Origin: an uncultured Gammaproteobacteria bacterium
GTDB lineage: Bacteria > Patescibacteriota > Microgenomatia > Levybacterales > UBA12049
Assembly (NCBI GenBank): GCA_964515545.1
Contig: CAZERI010000003.1
Coordinates: 88,246 to 152,245 of the forward strand
Length of the DNA stretch: 64,000 nt
Direction of reading: 5' to 3'
Position 1 is the stretch's first letter. Each line of letters begins with the position of its first letter. Of the stretch, positions 1 through 8,187 are shown in pieces. The position numbers were made by a program, and so were the translations under genes. The notes under the pieces were generated by a model, which was given only the letters and a program-made list of their open reading frames with translations, did not search any database and was not told the origin of the DNA.

Positions 1-98
1 AGATTGGTTTTGGAGAGTTGAGATTTTACGATTGAGAATATAGATAATGACACTAAAACCAAGAATGAGGATAATGATAAGAGGCAGAAGCTGAGTCA
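1..98 (-). CDS. partial small hydrophobic protein (5' part only; gene runs off window start)
   Basis: Reverse-complement reading from ATG (complement of 96-98) gives MTQLLPLIIILILGFSVIIYILNRKISTLQNQ..., a TM-like segment; not in the ORF track because it is truncated. Confidence 0.25.
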
Positions 99-132
99 TA
101 GTGCTAGGTATTGTATCATACCTTAAAGGGGA

Positions 133-1173
133 CTAGTAATAGAGTTCAGGGTTTGCATCTACTTCTTTCCAAGGTTTAGTATCTGCAAAGAATCCTGCGG
201 TTGCGATCATTGCTCCATTATCTGTGCAAAGGGCAGGTGAAGGAGCAATTAATTGAATTGTTTGATCTAAGTTTTTTTGTAATTTTATACGGAGGATGTT
301 ATTAGATGCTACGCCACCCCCTAAGAGAAAAGATTTGGCTTGGTATGTAGCTGCAGCCTTTACTGATTTTCTAACAAGTACATCAACAATTGCTTCTTGG
401 ACACTTGCCGATAGATTTGCTAATAGCTCTTGATTTTCCTCCGCAAAATCCCTATCGGCAAAGTTCCAGTTATTCTTTTTTATTAGGTTGAGGACAGATG
501 TCTTAAGTCCGCTGAAGCTGAAATCAAAGCTATCGCTTCCTATCATAGGTCGTGGTAATAAAAATGCTTCAGGATTTCCTTCCTTAGCCAGGTTTGCGAT
601 TACTGGTCCTGCTGGGTAGGGAAGATTTAGTAACCTCCCAATTTTATCAAAGGCTTCGCCTGCTGCATCATCGCGTGTCCCGCCAATAACAGTAATCTTG
701 GTGTGATCTTCCATTAAAAGCAGGTCGGTATGTCCCCCCGAAACAATAAGGATTACAGCTGGAAATTCTATAGTAGTATTCTCAAGCCAATTAGCGTAGA
801 GATGTCCATACATGTGATTAATAGGGATAATTGGTTTGTCCCATAAAAGAGATAATGTCTTGGCGGTTTCTACACCTACAAGGAGTGAACCAATTAAACC
901 TGGACCATAGGTTACTGCGATAGCATTAATATCAGGAATTTGCTGAGAAGCTATATCAAAATTAATTCCTTTTTTTAGTGCTTCGGTAAGCGTTGGGAGG
1001 ATAACTTTTACTTGTTCCCGTGCAGCAACCTCTGGAATGATACCTCCTGTCTCAGCATGGAAAGAGAGTGAAGATGCGACTATATTGGAGAGGAGATGAA
1101 GGGAGTGACCATTTCTTTCAACTACGGCAATTCCTGTTTCATCACAGCTTGTTTCAATCCCTAGGATTCTCAT
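133..1173 (-). CDS. tsaD: tRNA N6-adenosine threonylcarbamoyltransferase TsaD (Kae1/YgjD family)
   Basis: N-terminus MRILGIETSCDETGIAV and overall Kae1/TsaD motif pattern (GIE[TS]SCDET, HxxGH region HMYGHL, SGGV). Confidence 0.9.
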   Translation of the reverse strand: MRILGIETSCDETGIAVVERNGHSLHLLSNIVASSLSFHAETGGIIPEVAAREQVKVILPTLTEALKKGINFDIASQQIPDINAIAVTYGPGLIGSLLVGVETAKTLSLLWDKPIIPINHMYGHLYANWLENTTIEFPAVILIVSGGHTDLLLMEDHTKITVIGGTRDDAAGEAFDKIGRLLNLPYPAGPVIANLAKEGNPEAFLLPRPMIGSDSFDFSFSGLKTSVLNLIKKNNWNFADRDFAEENQELLANLSASVQEAIVDVLVRKSVKAAATYQAKSFLLGGGVASNNILRIKLQKNLDQTIQLIAPSPALCTDNGAMIATAGFFADTKPWKEVDANPELYY

Positions 1174-1628
1174 AATGAGAGGTTAATGGTATCGCCTGTA
1201 TGGAGATTATATTTGTCAGTTGTGCCTGCTTTTAATTCGATAACTTTATCTGCGGGGTAAGTGGGCTGGTAATAGGTAGTTGGGATTTCTGAAGTTGTCT
1301 TTGGGGGCTGGACATTTTTATAGATAGTAACTATTTTCTTATTATTCAAGAAAATAATATCAATTGGGAACTTCATCCCTTTCATCCAGAATGTAGGGAT
1401 TCCAGGTTCATCAAATAGGAAAAGCATACCATTATTTTCAGCGAGAGAGTTTCTTTCGGATAATCCCTTCTCACGAGCCTTCTCTGAGTCAGCTACTTCC
1501 AGAGTTACTTTCTGAGATCCAAATGTAGCCGTTGCTTTTTTACTTAATATTCCACCGGAGCTGAATAAAAGAATTACTAAAACTCCAGTAATGATGAGAG
1601 CAAGAAATGCTAATATATATTTTGTCAT
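1170..1628 (-). CDS. DUF192 (COG1430) domain protein with N-terminal TM anchor
   Basis: N-terminal hydrophobic helix, then the DUF192-type core GMLFLFDEPGIPTFWMKGMKFPIDIIFL; 4-nt overlap with tsaD. Confidence 0.65.
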   Translation of the reverse strand: MTKYILAFLALIITGVLVILLFSSGGILSKKATATFGSQKVTLEVADSEKAREKGLSERNSLAENNGMLFLFDEPGIPTFWMKGMKFPIDIIFLNNKKIVTIYKNVQPPKTTSEIPTTYYQPTYPADKVIELKAGTTDKYNLHTGDTINLSL

Positions 1629-1629
1629 A

Positions 1630-2091
1630 CTATCTCAAACTGTTTGTTGTTGAGTGACCCTCTAATCTTTCAATTACTTCAATAAGTTCTGCGTCAATTT
1701 TTTTTGCTTGGCGTGACTTATGGATAATATATGGATCCCCTTTAGTTGTTGCGATTATAGCAGGTTTTATTTGAGTTACCAAGGTATCGTAGTCAGCATT
1801 AGTAAAAGGAAATGGGAGCTCTATGACTATGTCAGTTGGGGTTTGCTCTATGAGATTTCTGGAGCGCTGGGAAATTTTATTAATTGGTCGAGAGCTTCCT
1901 TTTCTTTTTTTAACTGATTGGTCCGATTCTAGTAAGACTACCAGAAGATCACCAAGTTTTCTAGCTGCTAGTAAGAAAGCATTATGTCCTGGATGGAGAA
2001 TATCAAAGCACCCTCCTGCTAAAATAACTGAGCTGTTACCTACTATTTCTTTGAATATAGACTGGTCAAAGGTAGTAATAATTTTTTTCAC
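1630..2091 (-). CDS. cytidylyltransferase-like nucleotidyltransferase (HxGH family)
   Basis: GGCFDILHPGH motif typical of the CTP:glycerol-3-P cytidylyltransferase / RfaE domain II / NMNAT superfamily. Confidence 0.6.
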   Translation of the reverse strand: MKKIITTFDQSIFKEIVGNSSVILAGGCFDILHPGHNAFLLAARKLGDLLVVLLESDQSVKKRKGSSRPINKISQRSRNLIEQTPTDIVIELPFPFTNADYDTLVTQIKPAIIATTKGDPYIIHKSRQAKKIDAELIEVIERLEGHSTTNSLR

Positions 2092-2098
2092 TATAAGG

Positions 2099-3535
2099 CT
2101 ATCCTTGCTTAGTCCCTCGGAGGAAAATTGCTTGCCATGGCCGATAATTAGAAGAAAATTTATCAGATATTATTTCTTTTCCATCTTTAGTTACTGTATA
2201 GATAAAATATACATTCGCTCCAGCAGCTGCAAAATCAACCTGTTTTACTTGACCTTGAGGAAGAGTTGGGTCATCTTGATATAGAGGTTCGGGAGCTGGA
2301 GATTGGGATAAAATGACAGGAGTTGAAACGTGTGAGACTCTTCCGTCCGAAGTTCCATAAAGCTCAAAAGTTAACTGTTCATTTTCCGTATCTGCATAAG
2401 CCTGAACTAATATATAGTGTCCGCTATCATTTCGGAATTTCAGGTCTACATTTGGAGTATAAATAGCTGCGTCAATTCCCGGGCCACTATCTTCCTCGTA
2501 GTAATGGACTCGATAGGCATGCGGATGACGCTCTAGTATTGGCATACCTGCGTTAAGAATAGCTCTAAAGAAGGTAGTTGATACCTGACAAATCCCGCCA
2601 CCATCCCCTAAGACAGTCCTCCCATTCTGGATAACATATGCCTGCTTGTATCCCGTGAGAGAAGAGACATCCCCTACAGCATTATCGAACGAGAAAACCT
2701 CTCCAGGTTTGATCAAAATTCCATTAAGTCGGGAGACAGCGAGCTGGATATTGTAAATACGATTTGCAATAGATCCATGGAAAAGGGAGGTACCTATGCC
2801 TATTCGCTCTGTGATTCCCATACTATTTGCTTGAGATGAGGAGATGTCTGGTTTGATAACTTCAATAGGAATAGGAACAATAATTGTAGTGCTATTACCG
2901 CTTATCAGATGAGGAACACTTTTATTCTGCATGTAATCAGTAATGCCATCTACGGCAACTCTTCTCCCATCTTTTGCAGTCTTGAACTCTGTTACTCGGC
3001 CATTGGTATAGGTAAAGCGTGCATCTACGGGATCAGTATTGACCTCAGCCTGGAATTTTTTGATTATTTTCTGAAGTTCTTCATCGGAATAGTGATAGGC
3101 AGGCGAAAGCCTGACCCCATGAAGATACGACTCGAAGCTAAGGTAAATATCAGAGAAAAAATTGCCACTTCTTGCAATACTATATGCTTGATCTGCAAGC
3201 ATATTTTCATCATATCCTAGACCAAGCTGAGCAGCTGATATAGTGGCAGTGAGGGGGGTAGAGGTAAATTGCAGCTTTTTATTTTGGAGAATTTGATTTT
3301 GTTCAACAAAAAATTTCCGTACATCTTCTTTTGTCTTCCCACCAAATTCTACGTTATTGATAATGACACCAGGATAAATCTTATCTTGGTATGTTTCTTT
3401 ATAGTAAATATAAACAAAACTGCTGAAGAAAAAGATACCGATAGTTGCTCCTAAGAAGAACCAAAATATTGTTTTTAGCCACGAAAAAAGCTTAGGACGG
3501 TTAAGTAAGGAATTAAAATGAGATACTAATGGCAT
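2099..3535 (-). CDS. VanW family protein (membrane-anchored)
   Basis: N-terminal TM; VanW-like core ...YKQAYVIQNGRTVLGDGGGICQVSTTFFRAILNAGMPILERHPHAY... Confidence 0.7.
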   Translation of the reverse strand: MPLVSHFNSLLNRPKLFSWLKTIFWFFLGATIGIFFFSSFVYIYYKETYQDKIYPGVIINNVEFGGKTKEDVRKFFVEQNQILQNKKLQFTSTPLTATISAAQLGLGYDENMLADQAYSIARSGNFFSDIYLSFESYLHGVRLSPAYHYSDEELQKIIKKFQAEVNTDPVDARFTYTNGRVTEFKTAKDGRRVAVDGITDYMQNKSVPHLISGNSTTIIVPIPIEVIKPDISSSQANSMGITERIGIGTSLFHGSIANRIYNIQLAVSRLNGILIKPGEVFSFDNAVGDVSSLTGYKQAYVIQNGRTVLGDGGGICQVSTTFFRAILNAGMPILERHPHAYRVHYYEEDSGPGIDAAIYTPNVDLKFRNDSGHYILVQAYADTENEQLTFELYGTSDGRVSHVSTPVILSQSPAPEPLYQDDPTLPQGQVKQVDFAAAGANVYFIYTVTKDGKEIISDKFSSNYRPWQAIFLRGTKQG

Positions 3536-3588
3536 AGATATGAATTGCTATGGTTTATAGCTAGTATTATACTATACTTAATGACTCT

Positions 3589-5067
3589 ATGGACGAAAAA
3601 GTAATTTTTTCAAATTCTAATCAAACCTCTCCTGTGACTCCTCCTTCACAGCCTTCTGCTGGAGGTCAACAGCCTCCACCCATTCCTGTTTCCCAACCAG
3701 CTCCTGTACAGGCAGCCTCTGTACCATCCAGTGTGCCTCCGCCAGATTCAGCCCTTCCTAAACCGCCTCCTTCCTCGCGCTTTCCAGGAGGCATTCTTAA
3801 ATGGGTGGGACTTATTGGTGGAGCAGTAGTGTTACTTCTTATTGTTATGTTTATAGTTTCAAAATTTAAAGGGAATTCTAAAGCTGAACCAGTTACTCTT
3901 ACTTACTGGGGTCTCTTTGAAGATAAGCAGGTTATGCAGAGTCTTATTGATGACTTTCATAGGCTCCACCCAACAATCACCATCAACTACATTCAGAAAG
4001 ATGTAAAGGATTATCGCCAGAGTCTTGTTACCCAGACAATAAACGGGAGTGGTCCTGATATCTATCGTTTTCATAATTCCTGGGTAGGCATGATGAAGAC
4101 ATATCTTTCTCCGATGACTGCAGATGTTCTCTCTACAGATGATCTAAAAAACAATTATTATCCAGTTATTCAGCAGGACCTAGTAAGGAATGGAGCTTTA
4201 TATGGTATTCCCATCCAGATTGATGATCTTTCTCTTTTTATCAATACAGATCTTTTTTCAGCAGGAGGAAAATCAGCCCCCAAGACATGGGATGAATTTA
4301 TTAAGGTAGCTAAAGATTTGGTTGTCAAAGATAATGATGGAAGGATTCAGACAGCTGGAGCTGCACTTGGGACTTTTGATAATATTACTCACGCTCCAGA
4401 TATTATTGCCCTTCTTATGGCTCAAAACGGGACAAACTTTTCTAATTTTTCATCCACAAAAGCAAATTCAGCTCAGGCTTTAGATTTTTATACTGCTTTT
4501 GCTAAAGATGAAGGAAGCGTCTGGGATGATACCCTTGATCCCTCACTAACAGCTTTTGCAAAAGGGAATTTAGCCATGTATATCGGTTATTCATGGGATA
4601 TCTTTGCGATTAAGGCTCTCAACCCCCAGATAAATTTTAGTATTCATCCTGTACCTAACCTTCCAGGCAGGAAAGTAGGTATGGCAAGCTATTGGGTAGA
4701 GGGGGTTTCGTCAAAGTCTAAGCACCAAAAAGAAGCAATGCTTTTTATGAAATATTTGACAGAGAAAGAAACACTTCAGAAACACTACACAGAGATAGCA
4801 AAAACACGTATTTTCGGCGAATTGTATCCAAGACGTGATTTAGCGAAGACATTGATGAGTAACCCTTTACTTTCTCCCTTCATTGAGCAGGCAGAGTATG
4901 CAACCTCTTCCTATTTCATGAGTGACACCTATGACAAGGGAGTTAATGAGCAAATGAATGTATATCTTGGAAACACAGTGAGAGGACAGGATGAGAATTC
5001 GACTGCGACAAATATTGATACTCTTGCCCAAGGCGTAGAACAGGTTCTTTCAAAGTATGGCAGATAG
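3589..5067 (+). CDS. ABC-transporter extracellular solute-binding protein (family 1, sugar-type) with proline-rich N-terminal region and TM anchor
   Basis: PPSQPSAGGQQPPPIPVSQP low-complexity region, then hydrophobic anchor, then SBP_bac_1-like fold (TLTYWGLFEDK... YGIPIQIDDLSLFINTDLF... AMYIGYSWD); no permease or ATPase genes adjacent. Confidence 0.6.
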   Translation: MDEKVIFSNSNQTSPVTPPSQPSAGGQQPPPIPVSQPAPVQAASVPSSVPPPDSALPKPPPSSRFPGGILKWVGLIGGAVVLLLIVMFIVSKFKGNSKAEPVTLTYWGLFEDKQVMQSLIDDFHRLHPTITINYIQKDVKDYRQSLVTQTINGSGPDIYRFHNSWVGMMKTYLSPMTADVLSTDDLKNNYYPVIQQDLVRNGALYGIPIQIDDLSLFINTDLFSAGGKSAPKTWDEFIKVAKDLVVKDNDGRIQTAGAALGTFDNITHAPDIIALLMAQNGTNFSNFSSTKANSAQALDFYTAFAKDEGSVWDDTLDPSLTAFAKGNLAMYIGYSWDIFAIKALNPQINFSIHPVPNLPGRKVGMASYWVEGVSSKSKHQKEAMLFMKYLTEKETLQKHYTEIAKTRIFGELYPRRDLAKTLMSNPLLSPFIEQAEYATSSYFMSDTYDKGVNEQMNVYLGNTVRGQDENSTATNIDTLAQGVEQVLSKYGR

Positions 5068-5926
5068 TAAGAAAGCGATTTTGGAAACGCTTTTATATAG
5101 TACCCTCTTCAACTTTCCTCTGACTAAAAATGAGATTTATTATTATCTGCATAGCAATAAGGTAATTCCAAAAAAGGAATTTGAAAAAAAATTAGCTTCA
5201 TTAGAAAATAGTCTTGTATTTAAAGATAATTTTTATACTCTTAAAGATAACGAAAAATCAGTTGATCTGAGAAAGAAACGCCTAGTAATTTCAAATAAAA
5301 AACGGCTGGATGCTTTAAAAATTGTAAAAGTTTTAGGATATATCCCAACAGTTCTTTTTATCGGTATAAGCGGAAGTGTTGCGGTTGGAAATGCAGAAGA
5401 TCCTGATGATATCGATTTTTTTATCATAACTACTAACAACTCTCTCTATACCACGCGCCTCCTGATGCTTTTGATACTGCAACTTTTAGGGAGGAGGCGG
5501 AAAAGGAACGAACTGAAGCCCCAGAATAAAATTTGTTTAAATATGTTAGTAGATGAGGATGGTATGTCATTTGAAAAGTCTCAAAGTATCTATACAGCAC
5601 GGGAATTACTCCAAATGTATCCTCTATTTGAACGACAGGATTATTATCAGAAACTTCTAGCAAAAAATAATTGGACAAATTCTTTTATGTCTCACGCTCA
5701 TGGCCAAAATAATAAGTTTATTAAAAAAAAGCTTTCCTTTATAAAATCATTCTTCTTAGTAGAGCCTCTTTGTAGGTCTTTAGAGCAAAGCTTAATTAAA
5801 CGCAACCAAACACGTGAAACAGCTACTCATCATGTCATAGCTCTCCATCCACTTGATACAAAAACGGTGATTTTGGCCGAAATTGACAAAAGACGTTTAC
5901 ACTATAGTAAATACTATAGTGTATAA
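5057..5926 (+). CDS. hypothetical protein with minimal nucleotidyltransferase (Pol-beta superfamily) motif
   Basis: GISGSVAVGNAEDPDDIDFFII fits the GS-x(9-13)-DxD NTase signature; 11-nt overlap with upstream SBP gene. Confidence 0.4.
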   Translation: MADSKKAILETLLYSTLFNFPLTKNEIYYYLHSNKVIPKKEFEKKLASLENSLVFKDNFYTLKDNEKSVDLRKKRLVISNKKRLDALKIVKVLGYIPTVLFIGISGSVAVGNAEDPDDIDFFIITTNNSLYTTRLLMLLILQLLGRRRKRNELKPQNKICLNMLVDEDGMSFEKSQSIYTARELLQMYPLFERQDYYQKLLAKNNWTNSFMSHAHGQNNKFIKKKLSFIKSFFLVEPLCRSLEQSLIKRNQTRETATHHVIALHPLDTKTVILAEIDKRRLHYSKYYSV

Positions 5927-5979
5927 ATTTTAATATAATAAAGCAGATATTCATGTCTATAAGATGTAGTGTCTGTGGA

Positions 5980-6009
5980 TTGACAAAATACTAGGATATT
6001 CATTATACT
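5980..6009 (+). promoter_or_regulatory. sigma70-like promoter upstream of greA (TTGACA-N18-TATACT)
   Basis: TTGACA at 5980-5985, 18-nt spacer, TATACT at 6004-6009; AGGAGA Shine-Dalgarno about 11 nt before the greA ATG. Confidence 0.35.
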
Positions 6010-6073
6010 TTTCCTGGTTTACATAACACATGCAAGTCTCTCCCAATATAATTAGGAGAGATTTTTTACAACT

Positions 6074-6541
6074 ATGGACACTAAAAAAATATATCTTACA
6101 AAAGATGGGCTAGCAGATCTGAAAAAGGAGTATGAGGAACTTACTAAGGTTAAACGGCCAGAAGTAGTTACCCGCGTTTCAGACGCACGAAATCAGGGAG
6201 ATCTTTCAGAAAATGCTGAGTATGTAGCTGCTCGTGAAGAGCTGTCGTTTATTGATGGGAGAATTGATGAGCTTGAAGAGTTACTCAAGCAGGTCTCACT
6301 TATTCAGGAAGATAAACCTAATTCTTCGGCGATTGATTTAGGGTCAGAAGTTACTTTGAAAATTAGCGGTAAGGAAGAAGTCTATCGGGTCGTAGGAGAA
6401 TGGGAGGCAGATCCTGCTGCAAAGAAAATTTCACATGAATCGCCTCTTGGTAAAGCACTTCTCGGTAAAAAAAGCGGGGAGAGTATTGAAGTAGAAGCTC
6501 CTGCTGGTAAGATCCACTACACCATTGTCTCAGTTAAGTAA
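6074..6541 (+). CDS. greA: transcription elongation factor GreA
   Basis: MDTKKIYLTKDGLADLKKEYEEL... GDLSENAEYVAAREEL... coiled-coil plus FKBP-like C-terminal domain, 155 aa. Confidence 0.9.
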   Translation: MDTKKIYLTKDGLADLKKEYEELTKVKRPEVVTRVSDARNQGDLSENAEYVAAREELSFIDGRIDELEELLKQVSLIQEDKPNSSAIDLGSEVTLKISGKEEVYRVVGEWEADPAAKKISHESPLGKALLGKKSGESIEVEAPAGKIHYTIVSVK

Positions 6542-6562
6542 TAAGCGTATACTCATTTAAAG

Positions 6563-7519
6563 ATGAGAGTTCTTGAAGAGTTTCCACTTTCTGATATTGT
6601 CTACTATCATGTTGGGGGTAAAGCAAAAAAAGTTTTTGAAGTAAATTCAGCTGCAGAAGTTAGAGAGGCAATAGCTCTATGCCAGAAAGAACAGATCAAG
6701 GATCTTCTTGTGATAGGGATGGGGTCCAATCTAATTGTTCCTGATGAAGGATTTTCAGGAGCTGTTATTAAGATGGTAGGTTCTGGAGCTTCTCTAGAGG
6801 TAAGGGGAGCCACCATAAAGGGATTTGCAGGTGAAATCTTAGATACTCTTATCAAAGAGAGCTTAGCTTCTTCTTTGGTTGGGATTGAGTGGGCAGGCGG
6901 ACTTCCAAGTAGTCTGGGGGGAGCAGTAAGGGGGAATGCGGGTGCATTTGGACATGAAGTAAAAGATACTTTTCTTGAGGCAGAAGTAGTCGATACAAGA
7001 GATGCAGATTTAAAGGTTAAAATATACTCAAAGACTGAAAGTAACTTTTCCTATAGAGATAGTTTTTTTAAGAATAATCCACATCTGGTTATTGTCTCGG
7101 TAACATTTGAGTTAAAAGAGGGATCAGTAGAAGAGGTTAAGGAAGCAGAGGAAGTCTATCAGGGAAATATCAACTATCGAAATACTCATCATCCTGTGGG
7201 ATATCCCTCCTGTGGTTCTGTCTTTAAAAACATTACTGAGAAAGAAAAAGTTGAAAAAGTACTTGCTATGTGGCCTGATATTAGAGAAATGTCTGATAAT
7301 AAATGGCATCATAAAATTTCAATGGGATATGCAATTGGTCGTTTAGGTTTTTCAGGAAAAAAAATTGGTGGAGCAATGGTCTCGCCTGAACATACAAACT
7401 ATATTGTGAATATTGACCAGGCAAAGGCCTCAGACATTAAAACTCTTATTTCAGAAATTCAATCTAAATTTCAAAATACATTTGGCTTTACACCAGAGCC
7501 AGAAGTAGTGATTCTTTAG
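6563..7519 (+). CDS. murB: UDP-N-acetylenolpyruvoylglucosamine reductase MurB
   Basis: FAD-binding GMGSNLIV, GGLPSSLGGAVRGNAGAFG, SCGSVFKN motifs characteristic of MurB. Confidence 0.85.
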   Translation: MRVLEEFPLSDIVYYHVGGKAKKVFEVNSAAEVREAIALCQKEQIKDLLVIGMGSNLIVPDEGFSGAVIKMVGSGASLEVRGATIKGFAGEILDTLIKESLASSLVGIEWAGGLPSSLGGAVRGNAGAFGHEVKDTFLEAEVVDTRDADLKVKIYSKTESNFSYRDSFFKNNPHLVIVSVTFELKEGSVEEVKEAEEVYQGNINYRNTHHPVGYPSCGSVFKNITEKEKVEKVLAMWPDIREMSDNKWHHKISMGYAIGRLGFSGKKIGGAMVSPEHTNYIVNIDQAKASDIKTLISEIQSKFQNTFGFTPEPEVVIL

Positions 7520-7601
7520 AAGTTGACAAAACGAAGACCATCGTTGATAATATCTTTCTACACTTTATGCAGACACGAATTGTGACAAACAATGCTAAGA
7601 A

Positions 7602-7628
7602 GAACCGCTCGTAAGAGGGGTTCTTTTC
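7602..7628 (+). terminator. rho-independent terminator-like hairpin (imperfect 9-bp stem, GTAA loop, U-run)
   Basis: GAACCGCTC-GTAA-GAGGGGTTC followed by TTTTC; 8 of 9 pairs. Confidence 0.45.
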
Positions 7629-7641
7629 GTGTTTGAATAGA

Positions 7642-7663
7642 CCCCTCCGAAGAGGGGTTTTTT
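7642..7663 (+). terminator. rho-independent terminator (GC stem CCCCTC/GAGGGG, CGAA loop, T6)
   Basis: CCCCTC-CGAA-GAGGGG followed by TTTTTT; second of two tandem hairpins downstream of murB. Confidence 0.6.
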
Positions 7664-7677
7664 AATGGGAAAAGAGT

Positions 7678-8151
7678 ATGCCAGTTATTACAAGAAAAAA
7701 TGGATATTATCCCTACGAAGAAGTCATTTTTGTAGGGCCTGATGAGTCCGGTACCTATACGATTAGTAATTCTATTGAAGGAGTCCCACAAGGTCTCGAT
7801 CCTTTAGAAGACGCTAGCATGCGTAACTTCATAGGAGAAATAGATAGAAAAGAAGATACAGTCTTTAATTTAGATTATACCGATGTAGATCCCACATATA
7901 GAGAACAGATTTTGCGAGTGACAGGAGAGGGTTTATTTAGAAAAGCAGTCTATTTATCGACTCACGGGGAAGGGGGATCTACGACAGGCAGACCTCAGCC
8001 AATGCCACGTCCCGGGGAAATTCATGTTTATGGACAAGAGATTAGAGAAGAGGGAGAGTATAGACGTCTTAGAAAAGATGGAACTGTTGTAAGTTGGGAA
8101 AAATATAGTAGGGAAGAAGTTCGCGGAAAGGGAAGTAAAGAGAGGGGATAG
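7678..8151 (+). CDS. hypothetical protein
   Basis: 157-aa ORF with no motif I recognise (MPVITRKNGYYPYEEVIFVGPDESGTY...); preceded by the two hairpins. Confidence 0.4.
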   Translation: MPVITRKNGYYPYEEVIFVGPDESGTYTISNSIEGVPQGLDPLEDASMRNFIGEIDRKEDTVFNLDYTDVDPTYREQILRVTGEGLFRKAVYLSTHGEGGSTTGRPQPMPRPGEIHVYGQEIREEGEYRRLRKDGTVVSWEKYSREEVRGKGSKERG

Positions 8152-8187
8152 CTTGTTTATTTAGATAATCACAGCTAAAATACACAT

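Noticed and set aside
1720-2284. Plus-strand ORFs 1720-1917 and 1823-2284 (and similar antisense ORFs throughout, e.g. 6607-6855, 8219-8452, 22237-22605, 37965-38366, 55786-56097)
   Set aside because: They lie entirely antisense within well-supported conserved genes, have no recognisable motifs and have low-complexity translations. They are treated as spurious.
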